Assembly: GCA_051884805.1 (NCBI GenBank) | Contig: JBJEWA010000030.1 | Span: forward strand, 238 to 64,237 | Source: Kiritimatiellia bacterium | GTDB taxonomy: Bacteria > Verrucomicrobiota > Kiritimatiellia > RFP12 > UBA1067 | Length of the DNA: 64,000 bases | Direction of reading: 5' to 3' | Part shown: piece by piece, positions 37,866 through 47,926 of the stretch | Layout of the letters: each line of letters opens with the position of its first letter | How positions within the stretch are numbered: position 1 is the first letter of the stretch | The notes under the pieces: model-generated | What the model saw: the letters and a program-made list of their open reading frames with translations, nothing else | What the model was told of the DNA's origin: nothing | Databases searched by the model: none | Made by a program: the position numbers and the translations under genes

Positions 37866-37991
37866 CAGTTTGGCTGGTTATGATACCATAACGCCCCGCC
37901 GGACGGCAAGCGGCGGCGCCGACCGACGCGCCCGAAGGCCCGGCCGCATCAGCCCGGATCGCCGATCCGCCTCAAACCGGGCTGCCACGGA

Positions 37992-39797
37992 CTACAACTG
38001 ACGCGGCTTTCCGAGCGTGACGCCGCGCTCGATCTGCATATCGTGCCGGCAGTTCGTGAAAACGTTGGCGCGAAAGACATTGTTCCACGGGAAGAACGGA
38101 TCGGTCGCGAGGGCGTCGGCGAGCGCGGGATACGCCGTGCGCCAGGCGTCGTTGAGCGGCAGGAACTCCGCGAACTTCCGCTCGAACCAGTCGGGATGCT
38201 CCGTCCACTGCCGCCAGCGGATGCCGCGCGCGTCGAGGTGCAGTCCGATGTGACAGTCGGCGAACACATTGCCCTCGACGCGGAAGAGATTGCCGCCGCC
38301 GATCAGCACGCCGCGTCCGAGACGCTCGAAGCGGTTGCTTACGACGCTGTCGCCCCAGTCGCAGTCGTCGAAGTAGACGGCGCTCGTGAACTGCCGCTTC
38401 GCCGGATCGCCGAGATCGTGGAACCAGTTGCCGCAGATCATCGTCCCCAGCTCGCTCGGATTGCGCCCCGTATACACGGCGCCCGCGTCCCCCGTCTCCA
38501 GCAGCACGCGGTCGAACTCGTTCGACTCGATGCGGTGGTCGTTCCCGGAGAAGATGATCGCATTGTGCGGCGCCTCGCGGAAGACGCAGCCGCGCACGGT
38601 CTGTCCGCACCCCTGCAGCAGCACGCCCGGCGTGTACGTGCGGCAGAACCGCGCCCACCGGCGGAATCGGCAGTTCTCGACCGTGATGCCGCTCTTCGTC
38701 AGCGTCCGGCGGCTGCCGCCGGCCAGCACGATGCAGCCCGCGCCGAGGTTGCCGAAGCGGCAGCCGGTCACGCGGGACGCGCTTCCGGTCAGCTGCAGCG
38801 CCTTTCCGCCAAGGTTCCCGAAGGTGCAGTTCGTCACCACCACGCGCTCCGAACGGTCGAGCCGCACGGCCGTGTTCGCGTGCGAACAGGCAAAGGCCAG
38901 CCCGTCGAAGGTGAAGTCGGTCAGTCCGTCCGCCGCCACAAACGTCGTCGTCAGCGACGCAAGCACGTACTCGGCCCGCCCCTCGCCCGGCTGCGGCACG
39001 ACGTAGAGCCGCTTCGCCGCACGGTCGAGATACCACTCGCCGGGCGCATCCAGTTCGGAAAGCGCGTTGAGCGCACAGTACCGCCGCGCGGAAAAGCCCC
39101 AGGTCTTGCCGCCGAACCCGTACTGGTGCCTGCCGAGGAAGCGCAGCGTCCGCGTCCCGGCGTCGAACGCGGCGCCCTGCACGAAGCTCTCGGCCCAGTC
39201 GTGGCACCAGTAGCCATGGAACCACACGCCGGCGTCAAAGTCCCACCTTGCCGCGCGGGGATCGTCGCAGATGACGGCGTCCGCCGCCGGTCGCGTCCCC
39301 GCGTCGGCCGCCTCCCCCGCGGTAACGACGGCATTCGTATAGGTCATCCAGTCCGTCCCGTTCGGATACCGCGCCAGCTCCAGCGGCACGCCGTTGCGGT
39401 AAAGCCACGGCGCCGGCGGGATGCGGAACTCCTTCGGCCAGGGCGGCAGGTCGTCCGGCAGCAGGTCGCCGACGTCGGCGACGCGGCAGGCGACGCCGTT
39501 GACCGTCGCCGCGCGGAACTTCGCCGCCGGCACGGCGCAGCCGCCGCGAAAAGTCACGGTACCCGGCTGGGCCGCCCGCCACACGGCCGCCCCGTCGGCC
39601 CGGGCGAGCGCAAGCGTGTTCGTGACCCGGTAGACGCCGGGCGCGAAGACGACCTCGACGCGCCCGCCCGCCGGCACCTGCTGCCGCAGCGCCCGCGCGG
39701 CGTCGCGAATCGCGCCGAGGTCAATCGCCGCCCCGTCCGGCGGCGGCCGGACCGCCACCGTCGCCGCCAGCAGCAGGCTCGTCGACAAGACACTCAT
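37992..39797 (-). CDS. secreted right-handed parallel beta-helix repeat protein
   Basis: Signal MSVLSTSLLLAATVAV. Repeated NC.F.N..G motifs typical of pectate-lyase-fold proteins. Confidence 0.7.
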   Translation of the reverse strand: MSVLSTSLLLAATVAVRPPPDGAAIDLGAIRDAARALRQQVPAGGRVEVVFAPGVYRVTNTLALARADGAAVWRAAQPGTVTFRGGCAVPAAKFRAATVNGVACRVADVGDLLPDDLPPWPKEFRIPPAPWLYRNGVPLELARYPNGTDWMTYTNAVVTAGEAADAGTRPAADAVICDDPRAARWDFDAGVWFHGYWCHDWAESFVQGAAFDAGTRTLRFLGRHQYGFGGKTWGFSARRYCALNALSELDAPGEWYLDRAAKRLYVVPQPGEGRAEYVLASLTTTFVAADGLTDFTFDGLAFACSHANTAVRLDRSERVVVTNCTFGNLGGKALQLTGSASRVTGCRFGNLGAGCIVLAGGSRRTLTKSGITVENCRFRRWARFCRTYTPGVLLQGCGQTVRGCVFREAPHNAIIFSGNDHRIESNEFDRVLLETGDAGAVYTGRNPSELGTMICGNWFHDLGDPAKRQFTSAVYFDDCDWGDSVVSNRFERLGRGVLIGGGNLFRVEGNVFADCHIGLHLDARGIRWRQWTEHPDWFERKFAEFLPLNDAWRTAYPALADALATDPFFPWNNVFRANVFTNCRHDMQIERGVTLGKPRQL

Positions 39798-39809
39798 GCG
39801 CTCCTCTCC

Positions 39810-42263
39810 TCAAGCAATTTCACGACGTTCGAACAGGTCCCGGGACATCCGCCGCCGCGGGGCCGACGTCCGGATCGACCTCGACGCCAGTCGCGGCCGC
39901 AGCCGGCAGGAGGGCCGGGGCAACCCAGAGGACGAAAAGGCAGCGGACGGGGGATTCCATCGGGTGACGATTTTCAGACGGGTGAGATCAAGCCCCCTCA
40001 AGATGACCGGGGCGCCGGTCAGATCGACGGTCACGAGGCCCGCGCGCACCTTCAGCGGACGCTCCTGACCGATGGCGTTCGCGCACGTCACACGCGCCGT
40101 CGCCGGGAATTCCATCGGCACGATCGACCTCCAGTGACGCTCCCAGCACTCCGGCGACCGGAAGCGCTCGCCCTTCGGCGGGCGCTTCGTCAGCACGTAT
40201 CCGTCGGTGCGGTCCCACGCGACGACGACCGCCGTCCCGTCCGGGCGCGCGAACGCCAGGGCGTGCGACGTCTCGTTCGGCAGATCCAGCCAGCCGACGA
40301 ACCGCACGCCGTCCAGGGCCTCGGCGATCGCTACATACCCCATGAACGCCGGTTTCGGGCTGAGGTCGCGGTTGATGAGGCCGAAATAATACTCGCGGTT
40401 CCGGTGGTTCACGCCCAGGCGGTCGAACCAGACGCCGTCGAACAGCTGATAGTAGAAGCCGCAGGCGATGCCGTCCGCCTTGATGAGCGCGTATGTCAGC
40501 ACCACGTTCTCGGCCGATGCGCGCAGCGTATCCTCCCAGTGGCTGTTGGGATAGGTGGGCGTATACACCTCCGTCAGCCACAGCGGCATCCGCCCGTATT
40601 CGGCGATCCGCGCCTGACAACCGCGAACGGCCCCGTAGAAATTCCAGAAGTTGGAGTTCTCCAGCCGCTCGGCCTTCGCCGGATCATCCGTCTGCAACGC
40701 GCCTTGAGGGCCGCGCTCCGGCTTCACATACGGATAGTCCGGCGTGAAGTTGCCGCGCCCGGGGTGCAGGCAGAAGCCCGACAGGCAGTGCCAGATGCCC
40801 GCCTCCTTCATCTTGCGCATGAACACCTCGTCAAACCCGGCCAGGCCGAGCGACAGAAGCTTCACGTCCTCAAAGCCGTGCGTGCGGCGCAAGCGGTCGA
40901 TCTCGCGCACGTACTCGGCGTAGACCGGCACGAGCAGCCCCCGCCCGATGCCCGAGCTCTTGAGCGCGATGCCGCCCGTGGACATGTTGAGCTCGTTGGC
41001 GAACTCCCAGTATTCATTGCCCTGCTCGCGGCAGAGCGCGAGCTGCTTCAGGATCCACGCCGTCCGCTCCGCGGCGTTCGTCAGTTTGCTGAAATTCGCG
41101 GACGCGTGGTGGTTGCAGCGCCGCGGCGGATGCTGAATGCGCGTGTCGCCGCGCCGCAGCCACATCACGCCCATGCGATCCATCAGCTTCTGGACGCTCT
41201 CCTCGTCCGGAATCGGCCAGTAGGCGGCCAGGCCGAACGGGCTCTCCTCCGGGCCGGCCTTGAACCGGTACGGCGGCAGGCGCGCCAGGTTCGTGCGCGC
41301 GAACGCCTCGCGGCCGCCCTCCACCTCCCGCGCCGAGACCTCGACGAAGTAGAGCCCGCGCGCCTCGTCCGGATCGAACGACAGCGGCAGTTCGCAGCAC
41401 GCGCCGGCCGCAAGGTTCACGCGCCGCGATCCCTTGAGATGCACGACGCCGTCGAAATCGCGCACGTACCACGCGAGGTCGAAATCAGCCGCGTCCGCGC
41501 GGGCGGACGCAATCCGCGCCCGACAGCGCAAGGGCTTGCGACCGCCGAACAGTCCGTAGACGCACGGCACGTCGAACGACACCTGCGCCGGACGGTTCGC
41601 GGCGGCGACGGCGACGGCCTCGCAGCTGCGCGCGTGGACGGGCGAAAGCCGGAAGGTCGATGTCCACGCGCCGTCTCCCGCCGGGACGAACCGGACATGC
41701 GCGCGCGCGCCGTCCTGCCACTTGAGATTCGGGCCCTCCTTGGGACGGTAGACGTAACAGAGCCCGCCCCAGGCGTTCGTGTAGGAGACGACGCAGCCAA
41801 GCCGCTCCTCGTACGGCAAGCCGCCGTTTGCGTCCCGCACCCAGTATCCGCCCTTGTCGAACGTCTCGCCCAGCGCCGTTCCCTTCGGATAGCGGCGGCC
41901 GATCATGCAAAGTCCGGACCGAAACGCCATGTTCGAGCCAACGCCCGTGACCGTATAGGTGACGACGACATCGTCGCCCTCGCGGACGAAGTCGCCGCAA
42001 ACCTTCACCGCGCGCAACTCCTCCGGCAGCGAGGACGGCGCCGCATAGTCGACGTGAACGGCCGCGCCGCGCCGCGCCGGCCGCGCATCCCCGTAGAAGT
42101 GCCTGTCCGCAAACGCAAGGCTGACGCCGTCGAACGTCACCAGCGTCCGCCCCCTCTCGTCCCTGACTTCGACCGCCCCCCCGTCCGTGACGCCAAGGCC
42201 GAGCCCGGCAGGGAGGACGCGCGCGGACAGGGCGACGCACAGGCAGGAAATCAGCCGCAGCAT
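39810..42263 (-). CDS. secreted protein with putative clan GH-A (TIM-barrel) glycoside hydrolase domain
   Basis: Signal MLRLISCLCVALSA. Candidate acid/base WEFANELN and nucleophile LWLTEVY motifs. Family not recognised. Confidence 0.55.
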   Translation of the reverse strand: MLRLISCLCVALSARVLPAGLGLGVTDGGAVEVRDERGRTLVTFDGVSLAFADRHFYGDARPARRGAAVHVDYAAPSSLPEELRAVKVCGDFVREGDDVVVTYTVTGVGSNMAFRSGLCMIGRRYPKGTALGETFDKGGYWVRDANGGLPYEERLGCVVSYTNAWGGLCYVYRPKEGPNLKWQDGARAHVRFVPAGDGAWTSTFRLSPVHARSCEAVAVAAANRPAQVSFDVPCVYGLFGGRKPLRCRARIASARADAADFDLAWYVRDFDGVVHLKGSRRVNLAAGACCELPLSFDPDEARGLYFVEVSAREVEGGREAFARTNLARLPPYRFKAGPEESPFGLAAYWPIPDEESVQKLMDRMGVMWLRRGDTRIQHPPRRCNHHASANFSKLTNAAERTAWILKQLALCREQGNEYWEFANELNMSTGGIALKSSGIGRGLLVPVYAEYVREIDRLRRTHGFEDVKLLSLGLAGFDEVFMRKMKEAGIWHCLSGFCLHPGRGNFTPDYPYVKPERGPQGALQTDDPAKAERLENSNFWNFYGAVRGCQARIAEYGRMPLWLTEVYTPTYPNSHWEDTLRASAENVVLTYALIKADGIACGFYYQLFDGVWFDRLGVNHRNREYYFGLINRDLSPKPAFMGYVAIAEALDGVRFVGWLDLPNETSHALAFARPDGTAVVVAWDRTDGYVLTKRPPKGERFRSPECWERHWRSIVPMEFPATARVTCANAIGQERPLKVRAGLVTVDLTGAPVILRGLDLTRLKIVTRWNPPSAAFSSSGLPRPSCRLRPRLASRSIRTSAPRRRMSRDLFERREIA

Positions 42264-42276
42264 GGCAAGCTCCGGT

Positions 42277-43947
42277 TCAGCGTACGAGGAGCGCCGCCCC
42301 CGACGGCGTCACGCAGTAGGAAGGAAGGAGCGCGCTCGCCCAGTTCGTATCGAACCAGCCGGACGACTTGTACATGACTTCGGCAAGGCGCCCGCCGTCC
42401 CCCAGCACGCTGGCGGGGCTGAACTCCCGGTAGAAGCCCTCGCCCACCGACCCGAACACCAGGTTCTTCACGTCCGGCAGGAGCGAATTGTAGACGGGAA
42501 TGCTGGCCTCCGCCAGGACCTGCATGCGCCCGCCCTCCTTCGCCGCCGGCGCCGCGGAAACAACGATCCGGTTGCACACGCCGTCCGTCCAGTTGGTGAC
42601 GCCGTCGCTCTCCGACCAGAGCAGCCGCGTCGGGCAGTCGAACCGGACGGACACCAGATGCCAGTCCTTCCCCCACGCATACGGCTTGCCCGTCGTCCGC
42701 AGGGTGAACCCGCGCCAGGTCTGCATGGCGATCGACACCGCGCCGTCTTCGCCGACGGACACGCGCCAGGGTTGGGTGTCGCGCGGGGACTCGACGTTGC
42801 TCATGCTGCCGGCCAGCAGCGCGGTGCGGCCGTTGGACGCCTCCGGGCGGCGCACCCAGAGGAGCAGTTCGTTCTTCGACCCCTTTTCAAAGGTGAACCC
42901 GCTGCCGTAGAGCTTGTCGCCCGTACTCGAGAACCCCCGGTAGGCCGTCCCCTGCGGCGCCCGGCCGCCGCCCGACACGCCGCCGACGGTCGTGCCGTCG
43001 ATGCCGTTGCCCGTCGCGTCGACGGCGACCGGCAGATCTCCGGTCTCGTTCAGGTTCCAATGGAAGTCCGCGTAGGCGTCGACCGGATGCCAGGTCATCT
43101 GGAAGGTCGCGAGGTCATTCGCGAGTTCCTCCGCCGTCACCACGCGATCGAACACCGTGACGCCCGAGATCTCGCCGTCGAAATAGCCGCCGGCGATGCT
43201 CTCCTTGTACGTCCCGTACCCGTTCCGGGCGGCGCCGACGACGAAGTTCCGGGAACTCCCGAAACCGGCGGCGGAAGCATTCTCCAGCCGGGAGACCGGC
43301 TCGCCGACGGCCGCGCCGCCCTGCGGCGTCACGTAGACGGCAAGCTCCCTGTTCCTGACGCCGCTCACCGTTATCGCCCTCACCGTCACCGCCACCTGAT
43401 ACCAGACGTCCGGCTGCCAGGCGACGGGCTGGGGCGGAACCGCCGCGTTGGCGTTGTTCGTCGAAGCGCCGGCCCAGGTCTGCATGCCGATGACCACCGC
43501 CCCGTTGGTGGCGATCGTCACCTGCCAGGCGTTGTCCGAATTATACCCGTCGTATGCCGCAGAGCCGTTCTTGCCGCCGCCGGCGCGGAACAGGACGTGC
43601 GGCAGCTTCGACTCGAAATTGATGTTGCGCACCCAGGCGACCGCCGTGCAGCTCCGATCCCTGGAAGCGACCGCATTGGTCACGACGAACGAACTCGTCG
43701 TGGTGGTGAAGCCGGAGAAGCACCTGGCGTTCGTCGTGCGGCAGCCCCAGACGTTGTTGGAGACGATGGCCTGATAGCCGTTGCCCGAGAGATCGGCGGA
43801 CTGCGGACAGACGCCGACACCGTCAAAAGCAAACTGGAACATGAGATTCTGCTTGTTTGCAAAATCAGCCCGCACCGAGCCGGCCAGCGTCAGCAATCCG
43901 GCGAGCACCAGATGCGAGGCACGCGAAAAAGCACGAGTGTCAGTCAC
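42277..43947 (-). CDS. secreted LamG/concanavalin-A-like lectin domain protein
   Basis: GTG start with AAGGAG upstream. Repeated D(L/A)(S/T)GNG...G motifs typical of LamG_3 modules. Confidence 0.65.
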   Translation of the reverse strand: MTDTRAFSRASHLVLAGLLTLAGSVRADFANKQNLMFQFAFDGVGVCPQSADLSGNGYQAIVSNNVWGCRTTNARCFSGFTTTTSSFVVTNAVASRDRSCTAVAWVRNINFESKLPHVLFRAGGGKNGSAAYDGYNSDNAWQVTIATNGAVVIGMQTWAGASTNNANAAVPPQPVAWQPDVWYQVAVTVRAITVSGVRNRELAVYVTPQGGAAVGEPVSRLENASAAGFGSSRNFVVGAARNGYGTYKESIAGGYFDGEISGVTVFDRVVTAEELANDLATFQMTWHPVDAYADFHWNLNETGDLPVAVDATGNGIDGTTVGGVSGGGRAPQGTAYRGFSSTGDKLYGSGFTFEKGSKNELLLWVRRPEASNGRTALLAGSMSNVESPRDTQPWRVSVGEDGAVSIAMQTWRGFTLRTTGKPYAWGKDWHLVSVRFDCPTRLLWSESDGVTNWTDGVCNRIVVSAAPAAKEGGRMQVLAEASIPVYNSLLPDVKNLVFGSVGEGFYREFSPASVLGDGGRLAEVMYKSSGWFDTNWASALLPSYCVTPSGAALLVR

Positions 43948-43976
43948 GGCAATCTCCTTTCACCATTGTGTTCGTG

Positions 43977-44005
43977 ATTTTAGCACAAGCACCATCGGCG
44001 GTCAA
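43977..44005 (-). promoter_or_regulatory. sigma-70 promoter TTGACC-N17-TAAAAT (with TGc extension) for the LamG/GH/beta-helix operon
   Basis: Minus strand reads TTGACCgccgatggtgcttgTGcTAAAAT. Confidence 0.55.
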
Positions 44006-44022
44006 TGCCAACATCACACCGT

Positions 44023-44056
44023 TTGCGCAAAAATATTTATCGCATTATTTGCGCAA
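44023..44056. promoter_or_regulatory. two copies of the palindrome TTGCGCAA, 26 bp apart, in the divergent promoter region
   Basis: Copies at 44023-44030 and 44049-44056. The second overlaps the -35 of the plus-strand promoter. Confidence 0.45.
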
Positions 44057-44069
44057 CTCGCGCACAGGA

Positions 44070-44078
44070 TGATATAAT
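44070..44078 (+). promoter_or_regulatory. extended -10 box TGATATAAT, 6 nt upstream of the ATG at 44085 (leaderless-type)
   Basis: TTGCGC-N18-TATAAT, then gcgggc, then ATG. Confidence 0.5.
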
Positions 44079-44084
44079 GCGGGC

Positions 44085-44747
44085 ATGTCGCTCGTTCACA
44101 CCCTCGTCGCTTCGGTCCGCGGAGTCGCAGGACCCATGGTCGCCCTCTGGTGCATTGCGGCGGGGCTGTCGATCGCCTATCTCGCCGTTCCCGCGTTCGC
44201 AGCGCGTCTCGAGCCAGTGCGGCTGTTCCAGCAGGAGCACGGATGGCTTGCGGCCGGCGCGGGGCGCATCGTCTTCTGCGGGCTGATCCCCGGCGTCTTC
44301 CTGGCGTTCGTTCCCGCCCTGCGTCCGCGTCGGCTGCTGGCGACCCTGACGGCGCAAGTCGCCTGGAGCGCGCTCTGGGGGATCGTCTGCGACGCCGGCT
44401 TCCGGCTGCAAGCCGCGTTCGTCGGGGCCGACCGCACGATCGGAACCGTCCTTGTAAAGACGGGGATCGACCAGTTCGTCTTCACGCCCCTGGTCATCGC
44501 CCCCGCCAACGCCGTTTTCTTCTTCTACCTGGCGCGCGACTTCTCGCTGGCGCGCGTCCGCGCGGAATGGCCGCCTCGCTTCTGGCGTGACCTGGTGGCG
44601 CCGAACCTCGTGGCGAACTGGTGCGTCTGGCTTCCCGTCCAGGCGGCGGTCTTTCTGTTTCCCGTGGATCTCCAGATCCACGTCAACGGCCTGGCCTGCT
44701 CGCTCTGGATGCTCCTCTGCCTTCAGCTCGGCAGAGCCTCGAAATGA
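44085..44747 (+). CDS. polytopic membrane protein, possibly Mpv17/PMP22-like
   Basis: About five hydrophobic segments. The C-terminal NWCVWLPVQAAVFLFPVDLQ resembles the Mpv17/PMP22 signature (weak call). Confidence 0.5.
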   Translation: MSLVHTLVASVRGVAGPMVALWCIAAGLSIAYLAVPAFAARLEPVRLFQQEHGWLAAGAGRIVFCGLIPGVFLAFVPALRPRRLLATLTAQVAWSALWGIVCDAGFRLQAAFVGADRTIGTVLVKTGIDQFVFTPLVIAPANAVFFFYLARDFSLARVRAEWPPRFWRDLVAPNLVANWCVWLPVQAAVFLFPVDLQIHVNGLACSLWMLLCLQLGRASK

Positions 44748-45925
44748 AGACGATCCTCTATTTCCAGTCCTCCACCTGCGCCAGCAACCGGGCCAAGCTG
44801 GACGGCGCCCTCCGCTTCGCCCGGTCCTTCGGATGGCACATCGCCGTCATCCTCTTCGGCGAAGCGGCGCGAAGCCATCTTCAGCAGCGTTGCGAAAAGC
44901 CGAAGATTCGCGCCCTCGCCCGTTTTTGGAAGGCCGAGGGCGCGATTGTGGACTGCGGCGGCGCTCCGAACGAACTGAACGTCCGCGACTTCGGGCGCCT
45001 GCCCGTCGTCTTTCTCGACAAGAAGTGCGCGGGCTCGGCGCCGTGCGTCGCCTCGGACTCGGTCGCCATCGCCGAACTCGCCGCGCACGAGCTGCTGATG
45101 GCCGACTGCGCGGCCTATGGATTCGTCCCCTGGTTGAAACCCTTGAACTGGAGCCTTGAGCGGGGGCGCGAATTCGCCGCCCGCATCCGCCTGAACAACA
45201 AGGCCTTCGTACCTTTCCCCCGGCAAGAGGCGCCCGACAACCGGCTGGTCGAACGGATTTGCGCCTGGCTGCGCGACGCGCCCAAGCCCTTCGGGGTCTT
45301 CGCCGCAAACGACTACATCGCGTCGCTCGTCCTGACCGCAGCCGCCGCCGGGGGGCTGACCGTGCCGGATGAAGTGTCCGTCGTCGGCGTAGACGACGAC
45401 CGGCAGCTCTGCACCCAGACCACGACGCCGCTGACCAGCATCCGCCCCGACCACGAGCGCGCCGGCTTCATGGCGGCGGAACTCCTGAACGAACGCATGC
45501 AACACCCGCAGCGCAAGGCGGAGACGCTACGCCTGTTCGGACCGGCGGACATCGTCCGCCGCAAGTCCGTCCGTCGCACGACGGGCAGAAATCTCGACGT
45601 CGCGGCGGTGATCGACCTGATTCGCCAGAAAGCCTGCACGGGGCTTTCCGCGCGCGAGGTCCTGGCGACGATGCACGGCAGCCGCCGCTGCGCCGAACTC
45701 CGCTTTCGCGAGCAGACCGGCCGATCCATCCTTGAGGAAATCCGCAGCGTCCGCCTCGAAACGGCCATGAGTCTGTTGCGGAACACCGATCTCACGGTTG
45801 CCGAGACCGCCCGGAAATGCGGCTACGGCGCAGCCGAACCGCTTCGCAAGATGTTCGTCGACACGTTCGGGAAATCGCCGCGCGCCTGGCGGCGAGGCGT
45901 CCGGCACGGAAGCATCACAGGCTGA
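44744..45925 (+). CDS. XylR-like hybrid regulator: LacI-type sugar-binding-like domain plus AraC-type HTH
   Basis: The internal ATG gives MKTILYFQSS. Also FGVFAANDYIA, SVVGVDDD, and the C-terminal AraC HTH AETARKCGYGAAEPLRKMF. ATGA overlap with the upstream stop. Confidence 0.8.
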   Translation: MKTILYFQSSTCASNRAKLDGALRFARSFGWHIAVILFGEAARSHLQQRCEKPKIRALARFWKAEGAIVDCGGAPNELNVRDFGRLPVVFLDKKCAGSAPCVASDSVAIAELAAHELLMADCAAYGFVPWLKPLNWSLERGREFAARIRLNNKAFVPFPRQEAPDNRLVERICAWLRDAPKPFGVFAANDYIASLVLTAAAAGGLTVPDEVSVVGVDDDRQLCTQTTTPLTSIRPDHERAGFMAAELLNERMQHPQRKAETLRLFGPADIVRRKSVRRTTGRNLDVAAVIDLIRQKACTGLSAREVLATMHGSRRCAELRFREQTGRSILEEIRSVRLETAMSLLRNTDLTVAETARKCGYGAAEPLRKMFVDTFGKSPRAWRRGVRHGSITG

Positions 45926-45969
45926 AATCGCGTTTCCTCCCGGTCGGACGATGCCGCCCCAATCCCGGC

Positions 45970-47910
45970 TCACGGCAGGCGGCGGAGCTGGCGCACGGCC
46001 GCAGGGACGGCATCGCCCGCCTGCAGGACGATTCGGTTCTCGCCCGGCGCCAGCGCCACGTTCTCCCAGCGCACCACCTTCACTGCGTCCGGAACCTGCG
46101 TACCGACCGCGCGGCCGTTCACCGACAGCGTGACCGGCCCGACGTTGGCGAAGCCGACGACCGTACAGGTCGCGTTCGTCGTCGCCGTGGCGCGCTGCGA
46201 GCAGACGTGCAGGACCGGTGCCTTCGACCAGTTGGCCTGGAAGAGGTAGAACGCGTCCTTCTTCGTCGCCCGGTCGCGCGTCACCAGTCCCTTGTCGTTG
46301 ATGCCGTTCTTGCCGCCCTCGCGACGCGCGTCGGCGGCGAAGTCGAACATCGCCCAGACGAACGAACCCCAGAGCCGCAGTTCGGCGACGATCTCGCGGT
46401 AGTTCTGCGCCATGAGCTTCACCTGCGTCTCCTCGGGATGGAGCGGACCGCCCGGGTCGAGGCGTCCCGGCGGCAGCGGATCAAGATGCTCGAACGGATT
46501 GCCCCCCGCGCCGTATTCGGAAATGGCGAGCATCCTGCGGCCCGACGCTGCAAACCAGCCGTCGAGGTCCTGGCGCATCGTCGTGTCGCCATACCAGCCG
46601 GGGTACGCGTTGAACGCCAGTTCGTCGGGCAGGTCGTTGAGCCGGCGCTTGGCCGGACGATCCGAGGCCGCGACGACGGGGCGCGTCGGGTCGAGCGCCT
46701 TCATCCGGTCGCGCACGTCGGCGAGCAGCGCCTCCATCCACCCTTCCTCCGCGCGATCCGGCGGAACGGCATTGTAGATCTCGTTGTAGAGGCTCCAGGC
46801 GAAGACGGACGGATGATGCCGGTTCTGCGCGATCATCTCGCGCGCCTGCTGCAGGAGATTCTCGCGGAAAGCCGCCGACCGCGAGAGCCAGTTGATCGCC
46901 GGCTCCTCGCACCACACCAGCAGCCCCAGCCGGTCGCAGAGCGCGAAGACGCGCCGGCTCTGCGGGTAGTGCGCGAGACGCACGGCGTCGGCCCCCACTT
47001 CCTTGATGAGCGCGAAGTCGCGTTCGTCCTCGGCCGCAGTCGCCGCCCAGCCGCACGCGCCCGCATCCTGATGGCGGTTCACGCCGCGCAGCTTGCGCTT
47101 CCGACCGTTCAGGTAGAACCCGTCCGCGCGGAACTCCGCCGTGCGGAATCCGAACGGAATGTCGATCGCGTCGCCGCTCGCGATCTCGACATGGACGGAA
47201 TAGAGCTTCGGATGCTCCGGCGACCACAGTTCCGGCCGGTCGAAGCGGAAGGTCTGCACCTCCGATACCGCCGCCGCGCCGGGAGCGAGCACGCGCACCG
47301 TCGCCACGACCGTGCCGTTGGTGCTGATGTCGAGCACGACTCCGTCGGCGCCGTCGGTGACGGGATCGATGCAGGTCGCCGGCGTTTCGAGCCATTCCAC
47401 GTCGCGGTAGATGCCGCCCATCAGCGTATAGTCGGCGCTCAACGGCGCGAGTTCGAGATCGTAGCGGTTGTCGGCGACGACCTCCAGCGCGTTGCCTGTC
47501 GGTTTGAGGAACGGCGTCGCCTCGACCGTAAACGCCGTGAAGGCGCCGGCATGCGTGCCGGCGAGCCGCCCGTTGATCTTCACCGTCGCCTTGCGCGAGA
47601 CCGCGCCGAAGCGGACGAACTGCCGCTTCCCCGGCGTCGGGTCCGGCAGCGCGCGCACGTAGACCGCCGCCTTGCGGACGTAGGTGTCGGGCGAAACGGA
47701 CATGCCGTAGCGGTCGTACGCATTCGTCCCCACGGGCGTCGCCGGTTCGCCGTCCGCCCCGTCGACGCCATTCCAGCAGTGCGGTACGCAGACTTCCTCG
47801 CCGTCGCACGTCCAGCCCGGTCCCGAAAGCGACCGCACCGTCCGCCCGGCCCGCGCCGGACACGCGCACAGGACGACCGCGACCACGACGGCGAAAACAA
47901 CCGGCTTCAC
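45970..47910 (-). CDS. glycoside hydrolase family 2 (beta-galactosidase/glucuronidase-like), secreted
   Basis: LRGVNRHQD and WSLYNEI motifs. Proposed GTG start at 47910 (VKPVVFAVVVAVVLCACPARA) with GGAGGGAGGGAAGG directly upstream. Confidence 0.8.
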   Translation of the reverse strand: MKPVVFAVVVAVVLCACPARAGRTVRSLSGPGWTCDGEEVCVPHCWNGVDGADGEPATPVGTNAYDRYGMSVSPDTYVRKAAVYVRALPDPTPGKRQFVRFGAVSRKATVKINGRLAGTHAGAFTAFTVEATPFLKPTGNALEVVADNRYDLELAPLSADYTLMGGIYRDVEWLETPATCIDPVTDGADGVVLDISTNGTVVATVRVLAPGAAAVSEVQTFRFDRPELWSPEHPKLYSVHVEIASGDAIDIPFGFRTAEFRADGFYLNGRKRKLRGVNRHQDAGACGWAATAAEDERDFALIKEVGADAVRLAHYPQSRRVFALCDRLGLLVWCEEPAINWLSRSAAFRENLLQQAREMIAQNRHHPSVFAWSLYNEIYNAVPPDRAEEGWMEALLADVRDRMKALDPTRPVVAASDRPAKRRLNDLPDELAFNAYPGWYGDTTMRQDLDGWFAASGRRMLAISEYGAGGNPFEHLDPLPPGRLDPGGPLHPEETQVKLMAQNYREIVAELRLWGSFVWAMFDFAADARREGGKNGINDKGLVTRDRATKKDAFYLFQANWSKAPVLHVCSQRATATTNATCTVVGFANVGPVTLSVNGRAVGTQVPDAVKVVRWENVALAPGENRIVLQAGDAVPAAVRQLRRLP

Positions 47911-47926
47911 CCTTCCCTCCCTCCGC

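Noticed and set aside
38043-42377. 1444-aa plus-strand ORF (similar cases at 2690-4594, 33900-35717, 42187-43977, 45817-48192, 48089-50140, 49242-51602 and 52174-54402)
   Set aside because: All are antisense shadows of minus-strand genes that have signal peptides and recognisable motifs. Their translations are Arg/Pro/Gly/Asp-rich with no domain signatures.
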